A stretch of 63,719 nt of DNA, filler included, from Octopus bimaculoides (GCF_001194135.2; 7 parts of 7 records of this genome joined end to end with filler, not necessarily neighbours in it); one strand, 5' to 3'; shown: positions 12,407-26,340, counted from the first letter of the whole stretch. Numbers and translations are program-made. Notes: a model not told the origin generated them from the sequence alone.

Positions 12407-13096
12407 GGAGAAAGAGAGGGAGACAAAGATACATAAAAAAGGAAAAGAGGGGAGGTCAAAGATAAGGGGAAATGGTGGAAGGTGATACAATAGTTGAAGA
12501 CACGGCCATCATAAACTATTGGAATTAGGTAACAAAAGACTTCAACAGTTACAGAGGAATAAAGTGCTTGTGACCAGGGTTTCAAAAGTATGTTATTATT
12601 ATGACAAAATAAAGGAAACACAGCAGTGCATGTGTGTGTGTATGTGTGTGTGTGTGTGTGCGGTAATAGCATTCCCATGATGCAGTTGCTGAAGTCGCAA
12701 TACGTGATCAAATATTAACTCGGGAAATATTTGGGAAACTAAAATTAATGTAAGAATAACAGCCTATGACACGGTAAATCAATCAAGAATAATTAATAAC
12801 ATTCTTTCTGCAACACTGGAGCCTATTCTAAGTCCTACTTCGAGAATCAACGAAATACTAGAGGCAGTATCGAACACGTGTCACTCTGGCTCAAAATTCA
12901 GTGCTTTATGCATTCAACCATTTTTACAGACACCAGACAGCAATAGCATTATGAATAAATAGTATTTGAAACCGGAATATATTAGAATATATACAATACA
13001 TACATACATACATACATACATAGCATATATACATAATACACATATATATATACATACACATATATATATACATATATACATAACATACATACATCG

Positions 13097-13482
13097 TGGC
13101 ATTTCATCGGTTACGACGACGACGAGAGTTCCAGTTGATCCAGTCAACGGAACAACCTGCTCGTGTAATTAACGTGCAAGTGGCTGAGCACTCCACAGAC
13201 ACATGTACTCTTAACGTAGTTCTTTCGAGAGATTCAGTGTGACACAAAGTGTGACAAGGCTGGCCCCTTTGAAATACAGGTGCAACAGAAACAGAAAGAA
13301 AGAGTGACAGACAGTTGTGGTGAAAGAGTCCAGCAGGGTTCACCACCAACCCTTGCCGGAGCCTCATGGAGCTTTAAGTATTTTCGCTCAATAAACGTTC
13401 ACAACGCCCGTTCTGGGAATCGAAACCGCGATCCCACGACCGTGAGTCCGTTGCCCTAATCACTGGGCCATTGCATCTCCAC
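13097..13482 (-). mobile_element. tRNA-derived SINE family B, full length
   Basis: Reverse complement of the 37983-38352 copy; A-box tggcccagtg, B-box gtttcgattccc. Confidence 0.92.
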
Positions 13483-13502
13483 TATACCTATATATAGCAT
13501 AC

Positions 13503-14182
13503 ATAAGCTCTGGAGTGGCTGTGCCGCTGGCAGGAAAAGGTGAGATCCCCCCCCCCTCTGAGGAGGAGGAGGAGGAGTTTGTCCTCCTGTACCTCAGGGG
13601 CGGGAAGGTTGAGAAGCACTTGGACTGTGAGTGCAGACCGGAAAGATCCTTTTCGGCCTGCGCAAGCAGTTCAAGGTGGCCTCAGTAGTTGGCTGCAGAG
13701 ATAATAAACAGTAACACCCGTGCTGGGATCGCGGTCACCTGTGGTAGCCTCGAGTACATGTGCCTCGATACTGAGGCAGAGTTGACCATGGGGGTTTGCC
13801 TGTTAGCGGCAGAGAGCCTGCTTACAAGGCATTGAATTTTATATTGTTGATTTGTATGTTATATTTTTAATTGTGTAAACTTTGAACAAGGTTTTCGAGG
13901 GGTTGTCGATCTGTGGGCGTCGGCACCCCTCTCATTTTTCATCTTTATCATCTTTCATTATGTTCATTAATGTCTTTGTCCGGCCCTGCTACTTGCACTG
14001 TATGTTAGTCCTCAATGGCCAATTATTGAAATAAAGTAGCTTGCTTATCAGGCACATGGTCCCGGGTTCAGTCCCACTGCGTGGTATCTTGGGCAACTGT
14101 TTTCTACTATAGCTTCGGGCTGACCAAAGCCTTGTGAGTAGATTTGGTAGACGGAAACTGAAAGAAGCCTGGCTTATATATA
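13503..14182 (+). mobile_element. SINE-A split by a 512-bp retro-insert (13524-14035)
   Basis: Head ataagctctggagtggctgtg (13503-13523), then an insert ending GAAATAAA, then SINE-A resumes at gtagcttgctta (14036) through aaagaagcc. Confidence 0.8.
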
Positions 14183-14399
14183 TGATAGTCTAAACTCCGT
14201 TTTTTCCGTTTATCAATGATGATTGAGGAGGTGGGACAGGAAAGGTTTAGCAATCGCAGCCATTCCATATTATTGTTATATCGCACGTGTGGATGACCTC
14301 TACTCAACTCTCACTTCCGACGACTCGACTCTACAGAACTCGACGTCTAGTCCACCGACGGCTCCGGCTCCTCTACGTGACGCTTTTCGTCTAGCTTAT

Positions 14400-14595
14400 T
14401 TATACATATTGGATTACCCTACTTATCGCCTGGGGGCGTCCACACAACAGTTATCCAGCTTAATGAAGTTCTCGGTGTTTATATTTCATTTCGTATTTAA
14501 TCATTCGTTTTATGTTTTATATCCCCATTGTGGTGTTGTGTCTGTCCTTGTAGTGTCCCCTCTGTGTTCGGACCGTAGTGCCCAATAAAGAAATA
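14400..14595 (+). mobile_element. 3' UTR/tail of the same LINE-like tail family
   Basis: gtctgtccttgtagtgtcccctctgtgtt...cccaataaagaaata resembles the tails at 40344-40450 and 48381-48440. Confidence 0.55.
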
Positions 14596-14604
14596 GAACG
14601 ATTG

Positions 14605-14932
14605 TGACTGACACAAGTTGGTAAGGTGGTGCTTTAGGCTTGTTATCACACTTGCTGCCATATTTCGATGGTTTTTAGACATAATATGTTTCACTATTCT
14701 GTGGTCTTTCTCTCTCTGTGAGTTTTGTCTTCCGTCCAGAATGATACATGTTAGAGTTGGTTTTCCTTTGGTGTTGGAATGGCTACAGAATTTTACAGAC
14801 TGTAGCTTTTGATATGTTAAACAGTTCAGCAGTTTTAATGACTGAAACTCCAGTCATTCGCGATCCAAAAATTTGTCCCCTTTCGAAATCAGATAATTCA
14901 CGCAATTTATTTAAATATATCTGCAACCCCAT
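14605..14932 (-). mobile_element. Tc1-like transposase N-terminal (paired-like HTH) fragment
   Basis: RELSDFERGQIFGSRMTGVSVIKTAELFNISKATVCKI, followed after stops and shifts by SGRKTKL and IMSKNHRNMAASV. These are typical Tc1 N-terminal motifs. Confidence 0.8.
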
Positions 14933-15268
14933 TCCACCAAAAAAAAAAGAAGAAAAACAGACAAACAATAAAGGTAGAACATATCATGGAGGGCAAAACA
15001 ATGAACACTTTGTTATAATGGTTCCTAATTTTGGCACAAGGCCAGCAATTTCGGGGTAAGACGATTACAACAACACCCGTGTTCAACAGGTACTTATTTT
15101 ATCGACTCCCAAAGGAGGAGGAATGATAAAGTCGACCGCGGCGATCTATGTATGTATGTATGCATGTATGTATCTATCTATCTATCTATTTATCTGTCCC
15201 CAAAAGAAAAGCTCTACTTTATATTTTGTCCCCTCTGTGTTCAGCCCTGTGTGGCTAGTACAGAAACA

Positions 15269-15347
<79 letters not shown>

Positions 15348-15691
15348 TTAATTTAGATTTTCAGAAACGTGACTTTCACGAAGCTGCCTCTGTCACATCT
15401 AAAATGCATATTTCCCTATTATTTTCCTTCGTATTTCTTTTCGTTCTCTCAATCTCCAATTATCCTTCGATATCCTTGTTGAGTTTCCTCATCTCGCTTT
15501 TTGTTTTGCTTTTCCCAGATTCTAACTTTGGTCTCAGGTCTGTATACATACATACATACATACATGCATACATACACACAAACAAATATAACCTGTTGTT
15601 GATGTTGAAATTCCAATGAAGGAGCCTTGGATCTAGGTTAGAACCGGTATTTTCTCTATTGGCAAGAAATCTTGAAATAAACTGAATAATG

Positions 15692-15724
<33 letters not shown>

Positions 15725-15790
15725 CATACATGCAAGCGTACATACATGCATACATACATATATATGTGTGTGTATATATATATTTTTGTG

Positions 15791-15839
<49 letters not shown>

Positions 15840-15981
15840 CTCTCTACACACACATATATATATGCATATATATTCCTCTGTATTTATGTATACCTATATT
15901 TTTCAATCTAAATATCTCTCTATCTCAATGTGTGTATATATTCTCTCTTTCTCTCTCTCTCTCTCTCTACACACACATACA

Positions 15982-16020
<39 letters not shown>

Positions 16021-16616
16021 TTACATATACACCGCACACACTCACACATTTACTGATTTCTTTCACAATCGCACACACCCCTGCTTTATTCTCTTTCCTA
16101 CAATTTTCCAGGTCCTTCACCACTTGATTTCCCCCTTTTAATCCAAACTTCATACTCTTTTAACGCAATGTTCCTCCTCCTACTTTTCTCATTTACCCGC
16201 TTCTCTATTGCTTTTATCACGCTTTGTCTGAAGCTTTTCTTCATTTTTCTCTTACGCTGTTCCTTCATTTTCTTTCAATTACAATGGCGGCCTATCTTTT
16301 CCTTGAATGATTTTCATGCTTTTTATTTTCTCTCACCCTCCATCGTCTGTTGACAATGGTTATTCTACTCAACTCACTGTTTCCATCCCTTTGTCGTAGA
16401 CTTCGTCGTCACCGCCCGAAGTACGCAGATATATAGCCATTAAGCTATACTCTATGTATATGCATTATGTATGTATTCTACGCGTGCATGTATACGTACG
16501 TATCGATGTATATACGCTCGCACGTGTATTTTTGTGTAGTATATATACATATACATGCATGTATACATGCATACATACATGCATACACACACACTTATAT
16601 GTATAAATGTATATAA

Positions 16617-16655
<39 letters not shown>

Positions 16656-17054
16656 AACATACATGCATATGTACATACATATATACACACGTACATACAC
16701 ACATACGCACAGACACACAGACACACTTGCATATGCATATGTATANNNNNNNNNNNNNNNNNNNNNNNNNNNNNNNNNNNNNNNNNNNNNNNNNNNNNNN
16801 NNNNNNNNNNNNNNNNNNNNNNNNNNNNNNNNNNNNNNNNNNNNNNNNNNNNNNNNNNNNNNNNNNNNNNNNNNNNNNNNNNNNNNNNNNNNNNNNNNNN
16901 NNNNNNNNNNNNNNNNNNNNNNNNNNNNNNNNNNNNNNNNNNNNNNNNNNNNNNNNNNNNNNNNNNNNNNNNNNNNNNNNNNNNNNNNNNNNNNNNNNNN
17001 NNNNNNNNNNNNNNNNNNNNNNNNNNNNNNNNNNNNNNNNNNNNNNNNNNNNNN

Positions 17055-17106
<52 letters not shown>

Positions 17107-17222
17107 CAAATACGTTTCTATGTCAATAAGACATTTACATGAGGGTCTGTGTTAGTGTGAGATCAGAGAGATATTGTTGGATAGAAAGTGAGAGAAAGAA
17201 ACAAAAGAGAGGGCGAGAGAGA

Positions 17223-17261
<39 letters not shown>

Positions 17262-17930
17262 AGGGAGAGAGAACCATTTCGTTATGTAGGCTGACATTCG
17301 AACCCTCAGTCATGTGACACCCAGATGAGAAATTTCACGCCCTTCTGCACCTCAAGCTCAGCCCCTTACGAACATGATGTTGCTCCAAAATTCTCTTCCC
17401 CACACATACACACCAGCCAACGTTCACTTATTGTCATCGACATCTAATACTCTCCCTCTCCTCTACTTCTCTTTCTCTCTCGTCTGATAAAGGAAAGACA
17501 CAAGAGGGCAAGAGAGAAAGCAACAAAGAAACTGGAAAAGCACTTGTGCCGGTCGATCTTTGAGAGTGCTGTTATAGTGACAGCGACAGCATTTTAAAGG
17601 CTGCCGTTTCTCTAAGACCTGCATTGATAAGAATCAAACTGCTTTAGATTTTATACACTTATTCAATATTCCCTACAGAAAGACATTCTGATCTCATGGC
17701 ATTGTGCCTCTGTTAAGGTGCCATTTAGAAACGCAAAGATGTGCAAAATCCACAGGGCAATTTCTAAACTTGTGTATTTGTTTCACAATAGGATTATCTC
17801 CATCTATCTTGTATGTATGTATGTATGTATGTATGTATGTATGTATACTTACACACATATATGTATATATGTATGTGTGTATATACAGATATATATGAAC
17901 ACATACATACGGACATGCATACAAAAAAGA

Positions 17931-17984
<54 letters not shown>

Positions 17985-18096
17985 NNNNNNNNNNNNNNNN
18001 NNNNNNNNNNNNNNNNNNNNNNNNNNNNNNNNNNNNNNNNNNNNNNNNNNNNNNNNNNNNNNNNNNNNNNNNNNNNNNNNNNNNNNNNNNNNNNNN

Positions 18097-18128
<32 letters not shown>

Positions 18129-19068
18129 TGTATATAAGTGCATATGGACGTATATATTCATATTCAAAGAGGGAGATGGAGAGATAGACGGTGGGGGAAA
18201 CCCGCTTTGTTTCGTGTGTATGGCCATATCTAACAACTATGGCTGTGTACACGCATCACTGAAGATAAATGCTAATAAGGGTCTCTATTAAAAAAAAGCA
18301 AATAAAAAAGAAGAAAAACCGAAACGAAAAAGTGACAAAATATAAAAAACAAACGAACAAACAAACAAAACAAAACTGGGAAACGAAACGAAATACAAAA
18401 TGTGTTTGGTTCTATGGCCGTGAGTAATATGTTCATATTATCTTATATATACATACGTACATACATACATACATGCATACATACATACATACATACATAC
18501 ACATATTCATACATGCATGCATATATGAATACACGCAAAAATACACGGATATATACATATATATANNNNNNNNNNNNNNNNNNNNNNNNNNNNNNNNNNN
18601 NNNNNNNNNNNNNNNNNNNNNNNNNNNNNNNNNNNNNNNNNNNNNNNNNNNNNNNNNNNNNNNNNNNNNNNNNNNNNNNNNNNNNNNNNNNNNNNNNNNN
18701 NNNNNNNNNNNNNNNNNNNNNNNNNNNNNNNNNNNNNNNNNNNNNNNNNNNNNNNNNNNNNNNNNNNNNNNNNNNNNNNNNNNNNNNNNNNNNNNNNNNN
18801 NNNNNNNNNNNNNNNNNNNNNNNNNNNNNNNNNNNNNNNNNNNNNNNNNNNNNNNNNNNNNNNNNNNNNNNNNNNNNNNNNNNNNNNNNNNNNNNNNNNN
18901 NNNNNNNNNNNNNNNNNNNNNNNNNNNNNNNNNNNNNNNNNNNNNNNNNNNNNNNNNNNNNNNNNNNNNNNNNNNNNNNNNNNNNNNNNNNNNNNNNNNN
19001 NNNNNNNNNNNNNNNNNNNNNNNNNNNNNNNNNNNNNNNNNNNNNNNNNNNNNNNNNNNNNNNNNNNN

Positions 19069-19112
<44 letters not shown>

Positions 19113-20146
19113 CGTGTCTCTTCCTTCTCAAATATGTCCATATATCTGTCCCTGTGTCTGTCTGTGTGCCCGTCTGCATACATCTCTCTAGAACTTACAA
19201 CGCTGATGCAGATAACAACACTGAATTATGGTTGATAGTTTTATAACTGTCACATACCTATGTCATCAACAGCAGCAACAACCACACTGTCATAGCAACA
19301 GCCGCATAACAACATCAACAACGACACAACAGCAACAACAGGTATACAATACCTGCAAGAGCCTCACAACAATGACAACAGCTACAAAACACTCACAACA
19401 GCTACGTAACTGTAATAATAGTGTTGCAACAGTCACAACATATTTTGCGAAGAACTTGCTCATCCAAGTGCTACCAGTTGAGAGTTCCGCATACTGGAGC
19501 CAGCTAGTGTATGGGTTCATCAGGAGAGAATGTGCGCCGTTTCGAGGCCTACCTCTCGACGGCATCAATGCGCACNNNNNNNNNNNNNNNNNNNNNNNNN
19601 NNNNNNNNNNNNNNNNNNNNNNNNNNNNNNNNNNNNNNNNNNNNNNNNNNNNNNNNNNNNNNNNNNNNNNNNNNNNNNNNNNNNNNNNNNNNNNNNNNNN
19701 NNNNNNNNNNNNNNNNNNNNNNNNNNNNNNNNNNNNNNNNNNNNNNNNNNNNNNNNNNNNNNNNNNNNNNNNNNNNNNNNNNNNNNNNNNNNNNNNNNNN
19801 NNNNNNNNNNNNNNNNNNNNNNNNNNNNNNNNNNNNNNNNNNNNNNNNNNNNNNNNNNNNNNNNNNNNNNNNNNNNNNNNNNNNNNNNNNNNNNNNNNNN
19901 NNNNNNNNNNNNNNNNNNNNNNNNNNNNNNNNNNNNNNNNNNNNNNNNNNNNNNNNNNNNNNNNNNNNNNNNNNNNNNNNNNNNNNNNNNNNNNNNNNNN
20001 NNNNNNNNNNNNNNNNNNNNNNNNNNNNNNNNNNNNNNNNNNNNNNNNNNNNNNNNNNNNNNNNNNNNNNNNNNNNNNNNNNNNNNNNNNNNNNNNNNNN
20101 NNNNNNNNNNNNNNNNNNNNNNNNNNNNNNNNNNNNNNNNNNNNNN

Positions 20147-20181
<35 letters not shown>

Positions 20182-21575
20182 CAATGTATATACTGTTATC
20201 ATCCTCTCGTCCTGTTTTTAGCTTGTTATGCCGTGTAGGAACAGCCTAGGGATTGCATGAAGGCACCAGACGTGTTAAATAATGCTGTCTGAGCTGTTTT
20301 CATCGCATGAAACTAATAATAGCTCATAAAAATACATTTGTGTTTATTAAATAGCACACACAGAGAGAATAACGTCAGTTTCTTAAAAATAAATTTAATA
20401 CCTACACAGATTAATATGTTGGCTGTCAGCTCCTTTCAGTGCTTCATCTCTTATTGTACCTATAATTGCTCTTTCCTAGCGTGAAAGGCGTTTGAAGAGC
20501 TGATAGCTTATATTGGAGCAACGTCTCATTTCTGCATTAGCTCCATTTTCGCTTGTTTATTACGAATTTTCAAGTGTCGTTTCAATCCTCTACACATCTA
20601 GCAGGTTTTTTTTTGACAGACATTGCATTGAAACTAGTCAATCGGAATGAGATTCCATTCGTTCATGTATACCTTACCCACATAGGTATGCTGGTGCAAT
20701 CTCATAGCAGCGTGAGATATGCATATTTTTGTGAATAAAGGACAAGGAATGAGGATGTCTTGCAACACTATTGATGTACATTAGTATACTCTAATATACA
20801 TGTATACATTCATATATAATGCATTCATGCATACGCACGAATATGTGTGTGTGTGTGTGCGAATGTTCGTATAGGCGTAGAAAACAAGTGAGTTTGTTTA
20901 ATTTTTTTTATTATAACATCTTACATACTACATAATCTTTACACGTGTTTCAACAGCGAATACCACTATGTTATGCAATAATCACTGCGTGAACGATTGC
21001 GGAGTAACTTCGAAATGTCAGATCTTCCGAAGAAAATAGTAATTGCGCGCATATACACAGACACACACAAAAACACACCGACACAGAAACAGACACAGTC
21101 ACACAGACATACACACATACACACACACATACATAGACATACATGTATACAAACATACATTATTCTCTGATGTTTTGCACATACTGGGAATTTCTGAATA
21201 ACAAGAAATCATCGGAAGAAATGAATACTAATACAGGCATAAAGCACTACTTTTGACTTTATACCTAAACGATGCATTATTTCTCTATATAATTGATTTA
21301 TATAGGAACAACAAATACATTTAGCCTATATTTTTTTCTGGAATTTTTACTAGCAGTATATTTGTGAAAGCTTTGAAATTAAATTTCAAAAAAGCAAATT
21401 CTTCGGACGATAGTTTTCGTGAATCAAGGCATATTGCATATAATATAATATAATATAATATAATATAATATAATATAATATAATATAATTTAATATAATA
21501 TCTGAAAGGTTTATGTTGTGACAACTCCAACAAAAGCAGCATAAACGATCAGAAATACTTTCTCTTTCTACTTTC

Positions 21576-21638
<63 letters not shown>

Positions 21639-21640
<2 letters not shown>

Positions 21641-21900
21641 AGTTCGTGCATTTGGGATTGTGAATAATGATATAGACAAATGGTCGAAGGCAACTGGAAT
21701 GGATTGTCCTGTAGAGCTTCAACAGAAAGTTTGCCTCTTAGGAACCGGAAAGATTACCAGAATTGGCTTTGAACATTTGAAAAATTATCGAAAGCTTGTG
21801 AATATGTAAAGTTACAGGTAGTAACCCGCTACCCACATAAATTCTATCGGGAATAAGACCAAACTGAAGACAAGTCGAAAAATAATAATCTTAATAATCC
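21639..21900 (+). mobile_element. 3' end of a restriction-like-endonuclease non-LTR element (R4/Dong-like)
   Basis: IVRAFGIVNNDIDKWSKATGMDCPVELQQKVCLLGTGKITR resembles the IVGALG...LQK..LLGTARI.R C-terminus of REL-domain elements. A short 3' UTR ends in AATAATAAT, and the fragment sits after (CAA)n. Confidence 0.7.
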
Positions 21901-22530
21901 TTTCTACTCTGGGCAAAAGGCTTGAAATTTGTGGGAAGAGGTTTGTAGATTACATCAACTCAAGTTCTAAACTGGTACTTTATTTATCGACCCCGAAAGG
22001 ATGAAAAGCAAAGTCGAGCCCGGCGGAATTTGAACTCAGAACGGGAAGACGAATGAAATACTGCTAAACATTTTTCCCGGCTTGCTAACGATTTTGCCAG
22101 CTCGCCGCCTTAATTACAACAACAACAATTGTAATAATCCTTCACTGGTACTTAATTTATTGACCCCGAAAAGATGAAAGGTAAAGTCGACCTTGGCGGA
22201 ATTTGAACTCGGAACGTAGCGGCAGACGAAATACCGATAAACATTTTGCCCGGCGTGCTAGCGATTCTGCCAGCTCGCAACCTTAATTACAACAACAACA
22301 ACGACAATAATCCTTTCTATTATAGGCTCAAAGCCTGGATTTTGTGGGGATGGGACTAGTCGATTACATCGACCCCAGTGTTTCACTGGTACTTAATTTA
22401 TCGACCCAGAAAGGATGAAAGGCAAATTCGACCTCGGCGGAATTTGAACTCAGAACGTAGAGGCAGACGAAAAACCGCAGAGCATTTCGCCCAGTGTGCT
22501 AACGATTCTGCCGGCCCACGGACTTAAATA
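21890..22530 (-). mobile_element. Three head-to-tail SINE family C copies
   Basis: Repeated aaggcggcgagctggcag...gttctgagttcaaattccgccgaggtcgactttgcctttcatcctttcggggtcgataaattaagtaccag on the minus strand at ~21890-22110, 22135-22290 and 22305-22530. Confidence 0.92.
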
Positions 22531-22583
22531 CAACAACAACAACAACAACAAAAATAATAATAATAGTAGTAATAGTAATAATG

Positions 22584-22632
<49 letters not shown>
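22528..22632. repeat. (CAA)n/(TAA)n microsatellite
   Basis: Direct reading. Confidence 0.95.
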
Positions 22633-22633
<1 letters not shown>

Positions 22634-23212
22634 TTTTTAGTTACCGCTGGGACTCTAGATGAGGGGACATTACAAGGACAGTTTACAATTTGTGTGGGAG
22701 TTATCAAAGGAGTGAGGAAGAAAGGGAGAGGAAGGTGAATGAGATACAAATAAACATAGTCTATAATATATTTTAAAAACATCTTTGAAGCAGTCCTTCT
22801 CATACAAGAAAATCTCCATCAGGGATACTCAATCAAGGAACCTCAGAAACCCGGTATCATCCTGACCATGAAGGACACAAGCCTTCACCCGATTGTTGTT
22901 CTCCAATCTACAGGCGCATGTTTAGAGTAAACACTTTTGCCACATTCACCCACTTTTCATAAGTTCGATGGCGGAAAGTATTTTCCTCGCAATCCTCACT
23001 TTCTTTTCTAAGTGGAACATAAAAAAGTCGATGAGGGCTCAACCGAAAAGGAGAGTGTCTGATAATAATTTCACCATAAACCTAGAACGTGAATAATAAA
23101 TATCGTTAATTCCAGATTTAATTATCTGTCCAGGAATAAAAATGGCGGAAAGGCTAAAGATCAGTTATGAAGAAAAAAAAAGAAAAAGAAAAAGATCCAT
23201 AGAACCGCCTGT

Positions 23213-23683
23213 CCATAAACACACATAAATGCAAGCACACACATACACACACTCATACACACACACCCGCAAACACATAAATGCAGACACACACTCACAC
23301 ACACATAAATTCAAACACACTCACACACACGCACATAAATGCAAACACACAGACATGCAAACACATAAATGCAAACATATAAATGCAAACACACTCACAC
23401 ACATACATAAATGCAAGCACACACACACGCACACACACACGCTAAAACATAAATGCAAACACACGCTCACACACACATAAATGCAAACACACGCTCACTC
23501 ACACATAAATGCAAGCACACACATACACACACTCATACACACACACCCGCAAACACATAAATGCAGACACACACTCACACACACATAAATTCAAACACAC
23601 TCACACACACGCACATAAATGCAAACACACAGACATGCAAACACATAAATGCAAACATATAAATGCAAACACACTCACACACA
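23213..23683. repeat. CACATAAATGCAAACAC-based minisatellite with a 280-bp higher-order duplication
   Basis: Sequence from 23229 recurs at 23509 (the ORF track shows identical peptides) and runs into a gap. Confidence 0.9.
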
Positions 23684-24613
23684 NNNNNNNNNNNNNNNNN
23701 NNNNNNNNNNNNNNNNNNNNNNNNNNNNNNNNNNNNNNNNNNNNNNNNNNNNNNNNNNNNNNNNNNNNNNNNNNNNNNNNNNNNNNNNNNNNNNNNNNNN
23801 NNNNNNNNNNNNNNNNNNNNNNNNNNNNNNNNNNNNNNNNNNNNNNNNNNNNNNNNNNNNNNNNNNNNNNNNNNNNNNNNNNNNNNNNNNNNNNNNNNNN
23901 NNNNNNNNNNNNNNNNNNNNNNNNNNNNNNNNNNNNNNNNNNNNNNNNNNNNNNNNNNNNNNNNNNNNNNNNNNNNNNNNNNNNNNNNNNNNNNNNNNNN
24001 NNNNNNNNNNNNNNNNNNNNNNNNNNNNNNNNNNNNNNNNNNNNNNNNNNNNNNNNNNNNNNNNNNNNNNNNNNNNNNNNNNNNNNNNNNNNNNNNNNNN
24101 NNNNNNNNNNNNNNNNNNNNNNNNNNNNNNNNNNNNNNNNNNNNNNNNNNNNNNNNNNNNNNNNNNNNNNNNNNNNNNNNNNNNNNNNNNNNNNNNNNNN
24201 NNNNNNNNNNNNNNNNNNNNNNNNNNNNNNNNNNNNNNNNNNNNNNNNNNNNNNNNNNNNNNNNNNNNNNNNNNNNNNNNNNNNNNNNNNNNNNNNNNNN
24301 NNNNNNNNNNNNNNNNNNNNNNNNNNNNNNNNNNNNNNNNNNNNNNNNNNNNNNNNNNNNNNNNNNNNNNNNNNNNNNNNNNNNNNNNNNNNNNNNNNNN
24401 NNNNNNNNNNNNNNNNNNNNNNNNNNNNNNNNNNNNNNNNNNNNNNNNNNNNNNNNNNNNNNNNNNNNNNNNNNNNNNNNNNNNNNNNNNNNNNNNNNNN
24501 NNNNNNNNNNNNNNNNNNNNNNNNNNNNNNNNNNNNNNNNNNNNNNNNNNNNNNNNNNNNNNNNNNNNNNNNNNNNNNNNNNNNNNNNNNNNNNNNNNNN
24601 NNNNNNNNNNNNN

Positions 24614-24911
24614 TTGTGAGTGTTTATTGAGCGAAAACACCTAAAGCTCCACGAGGCTCGGGCAGGGGATGGTGGCGAACCCTGCTGTACTCTTCCACCA
24701 CAACTTTCTCCCACTCTTACTTCCTGTTTCTGTTGTGCCTGTAATTCAAAGGGTCAGCCTTGTCACACTGTGTCACGCTGAATATCCCCGAGAACTACGT
24801 TAAGGGTACACGTGTCTGTGGAGTGCTCAGCCACTTGCACGTTAATTTCACGAGCAGGCTGTTCCGTTGATCGGATCAACTGGAAACCTCGTCGTCGTAA
24901 GCGACGGAGTG
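24614..24911 (+). mobile_element. SINE family B (5' end in gap)
   Basis: Colinear with 38060-38350. Confidence 0.92.
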
Positions 24912-26306
24912 TATTTTGTGTGTAAGCGCTTTCGTTGTTCAACTTTCCAAACACGTGTTCTGGGATAATCCGTACAGGAAAGGTTGCTTTTAGTAATGAC
25001 ATCGAGTATTTATGGTTTAGTTTAGAATTTAGAATTCTTATAAAATGTCTGTATAAGTTAGAGGTTCAGCAACCATCTAAGGGATAGTAAATATCCAATA
25101 TACTACTGGATATATAGTTGGCAACCCCATGGTAGAAACAGCTGTAAGAGTTTAGTATTTGTGCACTCATTTATTATTATTTCTTTATTTTTATTTATAT
25201 ATTTATTTACTTATTTATTTGCTTATTTCATTCGTTTATTTGGATCACTTATACATATGATTGTAATCAATTAATAAATAGATATAATTGTATATTTACA
25301 GGCTGATGTTTGTCGATTGTTTATCCTCTCCATTTTCTTATTTGCCAGAATTTTTATAAAATATTCTTTTGCTTTTCGTAGTTGAACATTTTTGTTTTTC
25401 ATTAAAAAAAGAAAAAAAAAAAAAAGGAAATATTTACAATTTTAGCATTTGCACAAAAGTCTAGATAAATCTTTGATTTGCTGTTTGTTCGCTCTCACAC
25501 AACNNNNNNNNNNNNNNNNNNNNNNNNNNNNNNNNNNNNNNNNNNNNTTAATTAATTAANNNNNNNNNNNNNNNNNNNNNNNNNNNNNNNNNNNNNNNNN
25601 NNNAATGTTTTATTGCTCCGTCGATCATAAGTTTCTGCTTCGAATGAAATGTTACCTTGACTTACCTTACACAAAGGTAGGAACAAACTGAAAATGAAAG
25701 AAAAAGATTAGTGAATGGTGGGAGAGGGATGGTAATATATAAGAGGAAAGGAGAGGTTGTTGTGTTGTTCATGCGTTTACTCCTCTCTATTTTTTTGGTC
25801 ATATAATCAAGTCAACAAGAAAGATTGTTTACAATATTGAGAATGTATGACTCCTCGTTCACATATCCTCATAGGGCGTTGTGCAATTTCGCCTTTTATT
25901 GTGTGTGTGTTTGGTGACCTATTTACAAGTGAAAATCACACGAAATCTACTTCGACGCAGTGTCAAACTATATGGTGAGCCAAAAGCTACTTACTAAGAT
26001 TAAAATTCATTATGTACATCGTAGCCTACCCGTGTCGGCAGGAATTCAGACAGTTTTATTGATGATTGATAAAAGTCACATCAACACGATGTCGAAAATT
26101 ATCAATGATTGTCAGTAAACACGTAAATACATCTACATACACAGAATTGAAGCACTCGGAGTATAAGACCTAACGTCACAGTTCAAAATATCACCCATAT
26201 AGTGTATGATTATGTAGAGACAGACACACACACACACGCACGCACACACACGCACGCACGCACACACACGCACGCACACACAGACACAGAGAAGTATGTA
26301 CATATG

Positions 26307-26340
<34 letters not shown>

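Noticed and set aside
14540-15270. Two further copies of the shared LINE-like tail (14540-14595, ~15225-15270) as extra hotspot evidence
   Set aside because: Neither is joined to SINE-A. They are counter-examples showing that any targeting is not absolute, so they were not counted.
19505-19575. Minus-strand GAGG-TAGG-CCTC-GAAAC plus a downstream CTGATGA
   Set aside because: The core elements cannot be assembled into a valid hammerhead topology (no helix I, no UH triplet), and the region is cut by a gap.
21890-23683. Regularly repeated units suggestive of a CRISPR-like array
   Set aside because: These are tandem SINEs and a minisatellite in a eukaryotic context; there are no unique constant-length spacers and no cas genes.
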